A DNA stretch of 64,000 bases from Macrostomum hystrix (GCA_950097015.1 CATNEN010000003.1:6882001-6946000); one strand, 5' to 3'; numbered from the stretch's first letter, positions 37,501-50,658 are shown. Notes: a model not told the origin generated them from the sequence alone. A program made the numbers and translations.

Positions 37501-39813
37501 GAGAGATACGGGAGGGAGAAAGATATGGGAGGGAAAGATTGGAAGGAGAGATACGGGAGGGAGAGAGATTAGAAGGAGATATATGGGAGGCAGAGATCAG
37601 AAGGAGAGATACGGGAGGGAGAGATATGGGAAGGAGAGATACGGGAGGGAGAGAGATATGGGAGGGAGAGATATGGGATGGAGAGATTGGAAGGAGAGAT
37701 ATGGAAAGAAGAGATATGGAAAGGAGAGATATGGAAAGGAGAGATATGGAAAGGAGAGATATGGAAAGGAGAGATATGGAAAGGAGAGATATGGAAAGGA
37801 GAGATATGGAAAGGAGAGATATGGAAAGGAGAGATATGGAAGGAGGGATACGGGAGGGAGAGAGATATGCGAAGGAGAGATAGTCGGAGGAGAGATACGG
37901 GAGGGAGAGATATGGGAAGGAGAGATAGTCGGAGGGAGAGATACGGGAGGGAGAGATCCGGGAAGGAGAGATCCGGGAAGGAGAGATACGGGAGGGAGAG
38001 ATATGGGAAGGAGAGATATGGAAAGGGGAGATATGGAAAGGAGCGATATGGAAAGGAGAGATACGGGAGGGAGAGATTGGAAGGAGAGATATGGAAAGGA
38101 GCGATATGGAAAGGAGAGATATGGGAGGGAGAGATATGGGAAGGAGAGATATAGGAGGGAGAGATATGGGAGGGAGAGATATGAGAGGGAGAGATATTGA
38201 AAGAAGAGATATAGGAAGGAGAGATAGTCGGAGGGAGAGATCCGGGAAGGAGAGATCCGGGAAGGAGAGATACGGGAGGGAGAGATATGGGAAGGAGAGA
38301 TATGGAAAGGGGAGATATGGAAAGGAGCGATATGGAAAGGAGAGATACGGGAGGGAGAGATTGGAAGGAGAGATATGGAAAGGAGCGATATGGAAAGGAG
38401 AGATATGGGAGGGAGAGATATGGGAAGGAGAGATATAGGAGGGAGAGATATGGGAGGGAGAGATATGAGAGGGAGAGATATTGAAAGAAGAGATATAGGA
38501 AGGAGAGATTGTCGGAGGGAGAGATACGGGAGGGAGAGATCCGGGAAGGAGAGATACGGGAGGGAGAGATCCGGGAAGGAGAGATACGGGAGGGAGAGAT
38601 CCGGGAAGGAGAGATACGGGAGGGAGAGATATGGGAAGGAGAGATTGTCGGAGGGAGAGATACGGGAGGGAGAGATATGGGAAGGAGAGATTGTCGGAGG
38701 GAGAGATATGGGAGGGAGAGATATGGGAGGGAGAGATATGGGAAGGAGAGATAGTCGGAGGGAGAGAGATATGAGGCAGAGATGGGAGGGATAGAAGTGA
38801 GGCAGAGCAATTTGTCTTTTTTACTTATCAAGCATTTAGTAGTATTTTTATAGTTCGAGTTTAAGTTCCATGCGTGCAGTACTGTACATAATTTCGTTCA
38901 TTTATGGATCACGTGTATTGAGCCTCAAAAAAGCGAGGTTTAGCTCTACAACTCAGCATTTTGAGCACAACTTGCTTGACCTGATCGGACTAAACTCATA
39001 TTTTCCTGCTTTATTAATCCCAAAAGGGGCTCAGAAGGATTAAGGGGAGTTTTTGCAAAGGAACCAAAATGGGAGATAAATATAGCCTCTTATGATGCCG
39101 AGAAATCGTAAAATCACTTTAATATGCAAATCTAGGCATAAAATTCGACTGTATACTCAGCAATGCATGCCGACAGATCAAAGGATTTTTGCCGCTGCAG
39201 CTCGAAATAGTTCGATTCGGAGAACATGAAGCCAATATAATAGAATTTGAATTTCGAATTAGGAATGAATTATGAGTTATGGGATTTCACACAAGCCTTG
39301 AGGCTTAAGCCCTAAAAACAAAGGCTCTAAAGCTCACCCGAAAAAAACTCGGGTGCACAAAAGCACAAAGACTCACCTGGAGGCTAGGACTAATTATTGA
39401 GCAAATAAAAATAGTCAGTTAAACAATGCCCAGTACTCTAGCATTATAACAGTTGTCATTCAGATTTTTCAACTGTAAACGGAATGCGTAGTAAAAATCC
39501 CTATTTTTTAAATCCCATCGGAATTATCCCATAGTTTATCCTACAGTTATCGCTGCAACTACCCACGTACGCAATTGTTTCAAAAGTTTGTCATGCGGAA
39601 TCATTGTCTGGTATTTTACTCCTGGAATCAGTGAGGCGTATTGCGTTAGAAATCCCATCAAAATGAAAGAGAGTGAGCACAGCACTTAAATTGACTCACC
39701 ATAGAAAACCGTCGCGTTCCGAGTGAACTCTTTCCATTATTCGATTTCGACAATTCGATGAGATGCCGATTGTCAACAATAGCAACTGTTGATGACTGCT
39801 CTAGCAGAACCAT
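25504..39813 (-). CDS. PDZRN3/PDZRN4 (LNX3/4)-family two-PDZ protein lacking the RING finger (~577 aa)
   Basis: Exons 39813-39700, 36099-35905, 35611-35525, 26946-26509 and 26403-25504, all phase-0 GT-AG joins. PDZ1 includes [29 protein letters not shown] and PDZ2 includes LGLTLCY...[12 protein letters not shown]. Family motif [17 protein letters not shown]; C-terminus VAFV. The first exon is the least certain. Confidence 0.88.
27090..27905. repeat. 28-bp minisatellite (GCTAATAAACTGCCTGTCTAACAGGTRT)n
   Basis: About 28 highly similar units near the 3' end of PDZ-gene intron 3. Confidence 0.96.
28558..30900. repeat. 19-20-bp minisatellite (TGTCTTTCCTGACACCCCRT)n
   Basis: About 2.3 kb of tandem variants; the source of the GVRKD/CQERQ ORFs. 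Confidence 0.97.
31615..31875. repeat. ~21-bp minisatellite (AGATTTCTCAGAAAGTCCTWA)n
   Basis: About 12 units with the near-palindromic core TTTCTCAGAAA. Confidence 0.88.
32520..33026. repeat. 20-bp minisatellite (TGTCTTCTCTGACACCCCAC)n
   Basis: About 25 units. Confidence 0.96.
33655..33975. repeat. Degenerate ~44-bp tandem repeat (CCTGTCTCATCTTCA...TATCTAATCTCTCTAATTT)
   Basis: About 7 diverged units. Confidence 0.8.
34583..35470. repeat. 20-bp minisatellite (AGTCTATCCCTGACACCCCT)n
   Basis: About 42 units starting ~55 bp from the intron 3 donor of the PDZ gene. Confidence 0.96.
36126..36415 (-). mobile_element. SINE family 2, second copy
   Basis: Minus strand shows A box TGGCAGAGCGG and B-box-like GAGCTCGATTCC; the body aligns with 4769-5055. 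Confidence 0.82.
37320..38795. repeat. Purine-rich ~15-bp minisatellite (GGAAAGGAGAGATAT)n
   Basis: Tandem variants with an internal 284-bp duplication (38091 versus 38375); lies in PDZ-gene intron 1. Confidence 0.95.
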
Positions 39814-41389
39814 TTTCTTGAATAGTGTGATAAGCCTAGCCTAATTTAATTTAATTTAGAAGCTAATATTCGATTAAGCTTATTTGGCTAATCTTTGACC
39901 ACAACAGTTTTAAGCCCGCCTTGCAAAGGAGTTTTATGGCTGAAACTAATTTGAAGTTCACAAGCTTATCAGTTAACCCTTTCGAAGATTTGATTGGGGT
40001 GGTGGGGCTTGCGGTTTTGGCTTGCGAGAAGAACGGTCCGAAAGGAGAGACATCGGGGCCGGGGTGGTGGGGTGTGGGGTGGTGGGCCCGGTTTGATAGT
40101 GGGGGTGAGGAAAGGGACCAATTAGCAATCAGGGTTCGTTTTAATTTTAGGGGTGGTTGGGCGGTGGGGGTTGTCGCGCAAAACCGAAGAAGTCCATCCG
40201 TGGCACGATCTTTCTTGGCTGGGCCTGGCTTTAGACAGAACAGGCGTCACAAATCCTTATAGAAAGCTATTTTTAATACAATTAGGCCTACTGCCAAACG
40301 CTTTTTTATCGAATCGCATTCCATTCCCATGTCAGGCCGGGGGATGAACTGGCTCTGAAACAAGAGTGCAAATAAGATTTTAGTCTTTAGGATTTTAGTT
40401 TGCGCGTAATGTTTAAATATTGATTAGTTGGGTATAGAATAAACGCTTCATAATATTTGTGTCCGCAAGCCAGCTGCCAGCAGATTGCGAGCATTTTCCG
40501 CATTTGATTTTTTCCAACTGAAAAAAGATATTCAAAACGGAAGCTCACACGGTGTGGAGGCACGCGACTCTTTGTTCTTTTGTCTAGGCCGTCTCGAGTG
40601 GTTTTAAGTTTTTTTCAGTTTTCCTTTGTTTGAAGGGCCCACATACGGTTAGTTTTACTGTGACAGGTTTCAGCAGGCTAGTAAATTAACAGGACAGACA
40701 CGCACGGGGTTATAATTTATCTTAATTCTTGACAAGCCAGCACAAAACAGGAGTCCGCTTGTTGCCAATTTATAAGGGTAATAATAAGTGGGCCGTGTGG
40801 AGAAAGGAATCGAAAAGCCGTGGTGCAGACTGACAGCGGTTTGTTTAAATGAAAGACACAGAAGCTAATATATCATGGCATTAGTGATGATAGGCACACA
40901 GTTTAACATATTTGGCAAGTGGTACACTTTGTGCCACGAACTTTGGCTAGCAGAATTTAAAGAAGCAATTATCTTTTTTGAATAAGACAAGTGTGTTACA
41001 AGTGTATTCGTATGCTGAAGTACAAAACTGCAAATAAAAGCTAGTTCTTCAATTTCTTCTGGTCTTTTGTCTTATTAGACTGTGACGGATATTGCAATTA
41101 GTTTTAGTTGCTAAGTTACAACTACTCACAATCTTCTTTTCTACAGACCTACTTGTGAAAAAACCGTGTCTGAGACATGTTAATAATGCTTAGCATGTCT
41201 GGATATCATTTATTACTATAAAAGAGTTGTTTATCATTCTGAAGCAATAAAACACAAAGACAGACAGCAAAGGACTAAAGAGAGACAGGAATATATTTTG
41301 TAAAGGTATAGATAGGTCTGGAAGGTATAGGTTCGAATTTTAGCCCATTGGAAAGAGTTTTCGTCCTCGAGCAAGACACTTAATCATTT

Positions 41390-42380
41390 AGGAAGAAGGG
41401 GAGAGATTGGGAGGAAGGGAGAGATTGGGAGGAAGGGCGAGATTGGGAGGAAGGGAGAGATTGGGAGGAAGGGAGAGATTGGGAGGAAGGGCGAGATTGG
41501 GAGGAAGGGAGAGATTGGGAGGAAGGGAGAGATTGGGAGGAAGGGAGAGATTGGGAGGAAGGGAGAGATTGGGAGGAAGGGCGAGATTGGGAGGAAGGGA
41601 GAGATTGGGAGGAAGGGAGAGATTGGGAGGAAGGGAGAGATTGGGAGGAAGGGAGAGATTGGGAGGAAGGGAGAGATTGGCAGGCAGGGAGAGATTGGGA
41701 GGAAGGGAGAGATTGGGAGGAAGGGAGAGATTGGGAGGAAGGGAGAGATTGGCAGGCAGGGAGAGATTGGGAGGAAGGGAGAGATTGGGAGGAAGGGAGA
41801 GATTGGCAGGCAGGGAGAGATTGGGAGGAAGGGAGAGATTGGGAGGAAGGGAGAGATTGGGAGGAAGGGAGAGATTGGGAGGAAGGGAGAGATTGGCAGG
41901 CAGGGAGAGATTGGGAGGAAGGGAGAGATTGGCAGGAAGGGAGAGATTGGGAGGAAGGGAGAGATTGGGAGGAAGGGAGAGATTGGGTTGAAGGGAGAGA
42001 TTGGGAGGAAGGGAGAGATTGGGAGGAAGGGAGAGTTGGGAGGAAGGGAGAGATTGGGAGGAAGGGAGAGATTGGCAGGCAGGGAGAGTTTGGATTGAAG
42101 GGAGAGATTGGGTTGAAGGAAGAGATTGGGAGGAAGGGAGAGTTGGGAGAAAGGGAGAGATTGGGAGGAAGGGAGAGTTGGGAGAAAGGGAGAGTTGGGA
42201 GAAAGGGAGAGATTGGGAGGAAGGGAGAGTTGGGAGAAAGGGAGAGATTGGGAGGAAGGGAGAGTTGGGAGGAAGGGAGAGATTGGCAGGCAGGGAGAGA
42301 TTGGGAGGAAGGTATAGAGATTGGGAGGAAGGGAGAGATTGGGAGAAAGGGAGAGATTGGCAGGCAGGGAGAGATTGTGG
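41390..42380. repeat. 18-bp minisatellite (GGGAGGAAGGGAGAGATT)n
   Basis: About 55 units; shares the GGAGAGAT core with the array at 37320-38795. Confidence 0.96.
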
Positions 42381-42977
42381 GGTTCGATTGGATGAAGTTT
42401 TGAAATGGACAGACAGACAGGCAGCTCAGACAGAAGTCGGAATCTGTATGCAGCTTCAGTGAATTATGAGGAAGATTTTTCTAAAGCATTTGGCGTGCAA
42501 TGCTATATAACAGTCATTTGACAGCTGCAGCAAAATAAGTTTGTCCTTGAATCTAGGCCCCCCACATGCAATGTCCTACCCTTAATGCAGGTCTTGTCGA
42601 GTCTTTGTGTGTTCAAATAGTCTTTGTCGGTCTTCTGTCTCAAATAATCTATGAGGGTGACGATTGGACTCTGGGAATTTCTTGTGGCACAGAATCCAGA
42701 TAATTGCGATAGTTTGAATGGGATCTGTTCCGTAGTTTTTATCTAACTGGGCAAATATCCCCGTTTTTTGGTCGATTGAACTGGCAAGTGAGAAGCTGTC
42801 AAAAAATTCCCCATTTTTAGTCAGTATGACAGCCAGGCTAATACGGTCTGCTAATCTGGTGGGAGGGAAGGATTTTAGCTTGCAAAAAAACTGAAAACTG
42901 TATCAAATCCTTTTTTGGCCACACGTCCATTGATTATTCATAGTTAAAGCAACCTTATCAAAATTGTAGACAGTTAA

Positions 42978-43150
42978 TCCTAAATCCCATTTGATCCCAA
43001 ATCCCATATGATCTCAAATCCCATATGATCTCAAATCCCATTTCATCCCAAATCCCATATGATCTCAAATCCCATTTCATCCCAAATCCCATTTGATCTC
43101 AAATCCTATATGATCTCAAATCCCATTTGATCGCAAATCTTACTTGATCT
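42978..43150. repeat. 17-bp minisatellite (AAATCCCATWTGATCYC)n
   Basis: About 10 units. Confidence 0.88.
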
Positions 43151-43450
43151 TAAGAGAATATTTTGATCAATTGATCTAGTTAAGTACATCTAACTTAATC
43201 CCAAATCTTGCGTGTCGATTCGAAATCTCAGTCAGTCAGATGAAAAGACGGTTTCAAATTATACCTCAAGGTTAGAAAGCAGATTGGCCGAGTTTTATAG
43301 TGAGCAGTGTGTACCAACACTGCTTCTGCAAAATTGCTGTTTTGCTTACTAATAGAAGTAGGAAAGATGGAAAATATGGAGACATTTAACAAAAATCCTA
43401 TTTTTTCGGAATTGTTAGTAGAAGTGTCAAAAAAGGATTGTGTAAAAGGC

Positions 43451-43816
43451 AGGAGAGGAGAGGAGAGGAGAGGAGAGGAGAGGAGAGGAGAGGAGAGGAG
43501 AGGAGAGGAGAGGAGAGGAGAGGAGAGGAGAGGAGAGGAGAGGAGAGGAGAGGAGAGGAGAGGAGAGGAGAGGAGAGGAGAGGAGAGGAGAGGAGAGGAG
43601 AGGAGAGGAGAGGAGAGGAGAGGAGAGGAGAGGAGAGGAGAGGAGAGGAGAGGAGAGGAGAGGAGAGGAGAGGAGAGGAGAGGAGAGGAGAGGAGAGGAG
43701 AGGAGAGGAGAGGAGAGGAGAGGAGAGGAGAGGAGAGGAGAGGAGAGGAGAGGATAGGAGAGGAGAGGAGAGGAGAGGAGAGGAGAGGAGAGGAGAGGAG
43801 AGGAGAGGAGAGGAGA
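43451..43816. repeat. (AGGAG)n pentanucleotide microsatellite
   Basis: About 73 units with one variant. Confidence 0.98.
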
Positions 43817-44325
43817 GCTTCAAAGAGCTTAAAGAGCAACTTTTCTGCTTTTGCTATGTTTGCACACAATGTTAGCAGAGTGAAAACTAAAAAAAGTTTC
43901 TTTAATTTGCATGTAGAAAGTAAAGCCTTAGATTTGTTGCAAGCAGCACACCAATGCCTGTTTTTGCAGGTCAGCCACACAGCTCGATTGAGTTTGAGTC
44001 CTATAATTACAAACTTCTATCAATTATTGAGCAGCATATTTCAAGTGGACATAAGTAACTTGTTGCAGGTTGCGAAATTGTAGAGAAGCAATAAAAAACT
44101 GGGGAAGGAAAAATAGGGCTACGTTGCTATGGAAACCATGTAGTTTTGCGTGATGCCAATAATATATTTAGCTATTATCATCCAAAAAGAAAGCTTATAG
44201 AAGTTTCAACAGAACCAATCACAATTCACAGATTTTTAGACCAAGTACAAAACTAGACCCCTTCTGACTGCTCAAATTCACAGAACTCAACAGACCAAGC
44301 CGAGATTTCAAGAGAGCCAAGAAAA

Positions 44326-47300
44326 ATGGATTACAAAGACGTCGACTCAAGCTTACAGCCTCCGACGTCAGCATCGACAGCATCCGGGCCGCAGCCCAGC
44401 TCAAAGAGGCTTCAGCAGGTGGCCATCAAGGCGGTCAACCAGAGCCGGCTGCGAAGTCAGCTCGAGCAGTTCAAACGCGAGACATCTCTGCCCGGAGTCA
44501 GTCAAGCAGGCCTTAGCAACGGACGCGGCCTCGTCTGGACTTGCCTGCTGTCCCTGTCTCTGGTAGCTCTGATTGTTCACCTGTGCATCATTGTAGCTGT
44601 CTATCTGCGGTACAGTACCACAACCAGTTCGAGCTTCGATCAGCCATTCCAGTGGCCGGATGTCACCCTGTGCAACCTGGTGCCCCTGTCTGTTAGCGCC
44701 GTTAACCGTCAGCTGGCGAATGCCGCCGCCTCGCCCGCTGACAGTCTCGGCAGGTTCTTCGCAGGTTTGCCCGCCCTGGCCGAGAACCTGTCCGCTACCA
44801 ACGGGCCGGACATCACAAATACGCAGAACCTCAGAGAACTCATGACCAGATCGAGAAACCTAACAGACGTTGAGCACAAACTGTCCGACAGTCTGCTCAG
44901 CTGCAATTATAGAGGCCTGCCGTGTCCGGACGGATCCGTGAAGCCGACCTACGTGCCCAGATTTCACACCTGTTTCACTGTGAGCATAGGCTCAAATGGC
45001 GGCAGCTCAGGAACCCTGGCCGATGACGACTTTCTCGACCTGATGCTGTTTGTGGAGAGCGGCATTTTGAGCTACTGGGATCGACGGACTCTGGCGGACT
45101 TCTCGCCCGCTGGCAAAGTGTTTGTACACGCCAAAGGTAGCTATCCGGATGTTGAAGACATCCTTGATCTGCCAACGGGAGCCTGGGTCATGCTGGGCCT
45201 GCGATTCACCGAGAGAAACAATTATGAAGGCCGATGTAGCCCATATCAGGGCGATGTGACCTTCTCTGCACCGTCTGGCGAGAGGATGTTCAGCGGTGAG
45301 AATTCAGAGTGACTCTCATACAATTCAGAGTGACGCTCATACAATTAAGAGTGACTCTCATCCAATTCAGAGTGACTCTCATCCAATTCAGAGTGACTCT
45401 CATACAATTAAGAGTGACGCTCATCCAATTAAGAGTGACTCTCATCCAATTCAGAGTGACTCTCATCCAATTCAGAGTGACTCTCATCCAATTCAGAGTG
45501 ACTCTCAACCAATCAAGAATGACTCTCATCCAATTAAGAGTGACTCTCATCCAATTAAGAGTGACTCTCATCCAATTCAGAGTGACTCTCATCCAATTAA
45601 GAGTGACTCTCATCCAATTAAGAGTGACTCTTATCCAATTCAGAGTGACTCTCATCCAATTCAGAGTGACTCTCATACAATTAAGAGTGACGCTCATCCA
45701 ATTAAGAGTGACTCTCATCCAATTCAGAGTGACTCTCATCCAATTCAGAGTGACTCTCATACAATTAAGAGTGACGCTCATCCAATTAAGAGTGACTCTC
45801 ATCCAATTCAGAGTGACTCTCATCCAATTCAGAGTGACTCTCATCCAATTCAGAGTGACTCTCAACCAATCAAGAATGACTCTCATCCAATTAAGAGTGA
45901 CTCTCATCCAATTAAGAGTGACTCTCATCCAATTCAGAGTGACTCTCATCCAATTAAGAGTGACTCTCATCCAATTCAGAGTGACTCTCATCCAATCAAG
46001 AGTGACTCTCATCCAATCAAGAATGACTCTCATCCAATTCAGAGTGTCTCTCATCCAATCAAGAGTGACTCTCATCCAATCAAGAATGGCTCTCATCCAA
46101 TTAAGAGTGACTCTCATTTATTTGGAGTGACTCTAATTCATCTGGAGTGACTCTAATTCATTTGGAGTGACTCAAATTCATTTGGAGTGACTCAAATTCA
46201 TTAGGAGTGACTCAAATTCTTTCGTCGTGACTCTTATTATTCAAAGGTTTTAAAGTTTCTCTTGCACTTTATTCTTGAAAAAAATTGAAGGTCGACAACT
46301 TTCTTAGAAAACTGGACCAATAACAGAAGGTAGAGAAATCAAAACAGTAAGCTGCTAGTGTTCCAGCAAGTTCTACCTCTCCTCCTACCTCTAGTGAAAG
46401 ATTGCTTTCTGCAACAAGGAAATCCAATATGCTAGGCTAGTTTAGAAAGCACTTGTGAGAATTTGAAAAGATTTGACAGAAATCGGGCGCGTAGAGAGAA
46501 ATAAAAGTGGTCGAGACTCGGAGGAGATGGGTACTCAATCAAATTAAATAAGGCATGAGGTGGATAAGAAATATAGGGATTAGGAGAATGGGATATAGGA
46601 GAATGGGATATAGTGAGTGCAACTTAGAAAGTTTGCATTTGGGGAAGTGGGATTCGGGGAATTGGGATTTGGGGGGAAGTGAGATTTGGGGGAAGTGGGA
46701 TTCGGGGAAGTGAGATTTAGGGAAGTGGGATTTGGGGAAGTGGGATTTGGGCGAAGTGGGATTTGGGGAAGTGGGATTCGGGGAAGTGGTATTTGGAAAA
46801 GTGGAATCTTGGGAAGTGGGATATGGGGACGTGGGATTTGGGGAAGTGAAATATGGGGAATTGGGATACGGGAAGTGTGATTTGTCTAAATGGGACTTAG
46901 GAAAGTGGGATTCTGGGGATGTGGGATTTGGGGAAGTGGGATTTGGGGGGAAGTGAGATTTGGGGGAAGTGAGATTTGGGGGAAGTGAGATTTGGGGAAG
47001 TGAGATTTGGGGAAGTGGGATTTGGGGGGAAGTGAGATTTGGGGGAAGTGAAATTTGGGGAAGTGGGATTCGGGGAAGTGGGATTTGGAAAAGTGGAATA
47101 TTTGGAAGTGGGATTTGGGGAAGTGGGATATGGGGACGTGGGATTTGGGGAAGTGGAATATGGGGAAGTGGGATTCGGGAACAAGGGATTTGTCTAAATG
47201 GGACTTAGGAAAGTGGGATTCTGGGGATGTGGGATTTGGGGAAGTGGGATTTTAGGGAGTGGAGTTAAAGAAAGGGTTTTTGTTAAAAATGGAGTTTCTG

Positions 47301-49407
47301 AAAAAAGTTCAGATGAAAAATAGACTGGGACAGTTAAGTGAGGGTTAAATGCAGGTAGTGTGGTCCGATTGTCAGGTATGACTAGTGTTAATTGTCCAAA
47401 CCAGGGACTGCAGACTTCCAATGTCGAGTGCGGGCAAACTTAGTATGCAAGTTCTAAAGTACTTACCCAAAATAACCCCCAACTGAACTATCAGTAAGAG
47501 TTCGCACTGCCCCGAAAGGATCTGAGAGACAATGCAACTTCCGATAGTGTTGCAGAACAATCACAATGAGACAATTAGCGAAAATATAGAAAACAAAGCC
47601 ATTTTTCAATCAATTTCATTTTCTCCCAAAAAACCAGCGTTACAATGATTAATCGGTTGCCATTAGCAACTGAAAAGTCGGAAATAAGTTAACTAACGCT
47701 AATTATTGTAGAGGATTCAGAAGCATGATGGGTCCGTTGAGTAGCATTTGTTACTATTATTATAAACGAGATTAGATTTTGCCAAATTGGCATCTGTTTA
47801 TTATTGTGGCAGAACACAGTTGAAAAGTTGCCAGATAAATCACACGCAGTTACACATTTTTATTGGCGACAATCTGAATAGAAAAAAACGGTACATTTTG
47901 TACTTTGAAAATAGGATCCTATTATAGATCTATTTGATGAAAATTCTTAATAACAAAATCCCAAATCGTAAATCGTAATCCCCGATTCCTAAACCTCAGT
48001 TCCGAAAATCAATAATCCATAATTTTCTATTCCTTAATCCACATTACTAAAATTCTGTATCCCTAAATCCCCACTACAGGAGTCCCAAGTGCCGAAATCC
48101 CACTTCAGGAATCCCCAGTCCCTAAATCCCCACTTCAAGAATCTCCCGTCCCTAAATCCCAACTTCAGGAATCCCAAGTCCCTAATCCCCACTATATAGA
48201 TCCCCAGTCCCTAAATCCACACTTCAAGAATCCCAAGTCCCTAAATCCCCACGTCAAGAATCCTCAGTCTCTAAAACTCAGCTTCCTAAAATTCCCAATT
48301 CGAGATTTTTCGTGTTCCCAGATCTCAATCGAGCCTCCCCCAACACCTGATTGGACAGCGCCAGCCGATCGTCGCTCCTGCCTGGAGACCCACGCTCAAT
48401 CAGAGCTGATCCGTCATTGCGGCTGCATCAGCGAAAAGTTCCGCCGTTTCTATGACAACAGAAACAACAACAATGCCGCCACAATGCCGCCCGGTTGCCA
48501 TGCGATCTCCAACGCTTCAGCGCTGATGGCAACTGCCGAAGAGCGCGCCAAAGCTGCCTGTCACGGCCGGGTCCTGCCGCGGGCCCTTGAAGCCGCCGGC
48601 GCCGCATGCAAAGTCGACTGTCTGGAGCGCGACTGGGCCATCCGGGTGTCGCCCCACGTCTGGCCAAAGTTGGACGCGTCTGTAGCCGCCCTGTTCGGCG
48701 CCTATGTTGATCCCGCGATTCGAACCAAGGGATTCAACACCCGGCTACTGCTGGTGGGAGTGGAGTGACACAATTTGTGATGGCATTGTGAAATCGATTC
48801 TCTGCACTATCTATTCGTCTTAAGCATTTTCGAATTTCTTTTATCCTCAGTGCGGCTGGGGAGTAATGCTGGAGAGTATTCCCAAACTCCCAATATCCCC
48901 GATTATTCCCTATTCTTCCACCATTCTTCTCAATTATCTCCCATTCTCCCCCACTCTTCCCCATTTCCCTCATTCTTCCCCCCTTTCTGCCCGATTCTCC
49001 CGATTCTCCCCCATTCTACCCATTCTCCCATTCTTCCTCATTTATCCCCATTCTCCTCCTGTTTCCATATCCAAAATATCCCCAAACCGCTCACCCGCTT
49101 CACCAATGACCAGGTCAACAACACCGTCAATGTCACGGATCTGGACGCCAAGTCGCAGCTGGATTTTGTGCAGCGCAGCTTTCTAAGAATCACCGTCAAC
49201 CCGTCCAGCACCATCGGCCTGCGGATCGACGAGAGCCTGGTGTACACAGCCGGCAACCTGCTCTCGGATCTGGGCGGAATTCTCGGCCTCTACCTGGGAT
49301 TCAGCATTGTGTTCCTCTACGAGATCGCCTTCCTGCTGGCGCAGTTGGTCAGGGGTTCGAGAGCTGTTGAAGGCGCGGCTGCTGCCGAAGAGAAGACTGC
49401 GGCTTGA
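44326..49407 (+). CDS. DEG/ENaC-family (amiloride-sensitive) channel subunit (~552 aa)
   Basis: Exons 44326-45295, 48359-48753 and 49114-49407 join in frame. TM1 followed by WPDVTLCNLVP, LLSCNYRGLPC, CFT, Cys-rich CLE...CGC...C.VDC, and TM2 LLSDLGGILGLYLGFSIVFLYE with a GFS filter. Confidence 0.92.
45300..46230. repeat. 21-bp minisatellite (AGAGTGACTCTCATCCAATTM)n
   Basis: Starts within ~5 nt of the ENaC exon 1 donor and shifts to a 20-bp variant after ~46120. Confidence 0.96.
46635..47258. repeat. G-rich 15-16-bp minisatellite (GGGGAAGTGGGATTT)n
   Basis: About 40 variable units in ENaC intron 1. Confidence 0.92.
48055..48300. repeat. C-rich ~30-bp repeat (CCCTAAATCCCCACTTCARGAATCCCAAGT)n
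   Basis: About 8 units just upstream of the ENaC exon 2 acceptor. Confidence 0.85.
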
Positions 49408-49496
49408 TGTCGCATTCTAAAGATGGGGATATCCGTGGCATGATGAGAGGGATAATCCTCAACCTGTAATGGATTAGGAGAGTCGAATAATTGGTG

Positions 49497-50178
49497 AACA
49501 TCGAAGGATTAGGGGATATTGAAGGATTAGGGGATATTGAAGGATTAGGGGACATTGAAGGATTAGGGGACATTGAAGGATTAGGGGATATTGAAGGATT
49601 AGGGGATATCGAAAGATTAGGGGATATTGAAGGATTAGGGGATATTGAAGGATTAGGGGACATTGAAGGATTAGGGGATATTGAAGGATTAGGGGACATT
49701 GAAGAATTAGGGGATATTGAAGGATTAGGGGACATTGAAGGATTAGGGGATATTGAAGGATTAGGGGATATTGAAGGATTAGGGGACATTGAAGAATTAG
49801 GGGATATTGAAGGATTAGGGGACATTGAAGAATTAGGGGATATTGAAGGATTAGGGGACATTGAAGGATTAGGGGATATTGAAGGATTAGGGGATATCGA
49901 AAGATTTGGAGATATGGAAGGATTAGGAGATATCGAAGGAGTAGGAGATATCGAAGGATTATTGGGGATGTCGAGGGATTATTGTGGATATCAAATATCA
50001 GGATTATTGGGGATATCAAATATCAGGATTATTGGGGAAATCAGGATTTGGGGATGCTGAAGGATTAGGAGATGTCCACGGATTAAGGGATAATGAAGGA
50101 ATAGGGTATATTGAAGTATTATGGGATATTGAAGGATTCGGGGTGAGTGTATTAGGGATTAAGGATTGGGGATTATGA
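49497..50178. repeat. 18-bp minisatellite (GAAGGATTAGGGGAYATT)n, degenerating to the right
   Basis: About 23 clean units, then diverged copies, immediately 3' of the ENaC stop. Confidence 0.94.
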
Positions 50179-50658
50179 ATAAGGCATAAGTGTCCCCTAC
50201 AATATATGCGATATTTATTACCTAAATATAAAGTAAACTGATAGAAGACTGATTAATTAAAATCTGATATAATTCCGCTGTTTTGATGCGCTTTGAATAC
50301 TACTGACAACGTGACAATGAAAGTAGCAGAAGCGGCATGTATTTAATTAAGCTTACTTTTTACAGATTTATTTAGAAGTTAAAAATGCTGTTATTTTTTT
50401 TTCGTTTCTTCAACATTATTACCTGCAAATTAGATAAATTATTTTACTAAGCTTATCTAGAGGTTCATTTTCCTTCAGTCGTCTTCTCTGCTGTAATAAT
50501 CGCGCTTCATTTTGGGATGAAGCTTATTTATTTCTATCTCGAACTCTAATCTACATGAAAATAAAGAAAGTACCGATAGCCGATTGTCTAAAAGCTCCTT
50601 TGTTTTAGAGAAAAAGTTCATTATCACACCTGTTAGACAGGCATTCGAAGGATGCTTG

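Noticed and set aside
37389-44083. GEIWK/ERYG/GGRERL/EERRG/SSPLL ORFs
   Set aside because: Purine-rich simple repeats that lack stop codons by composition.
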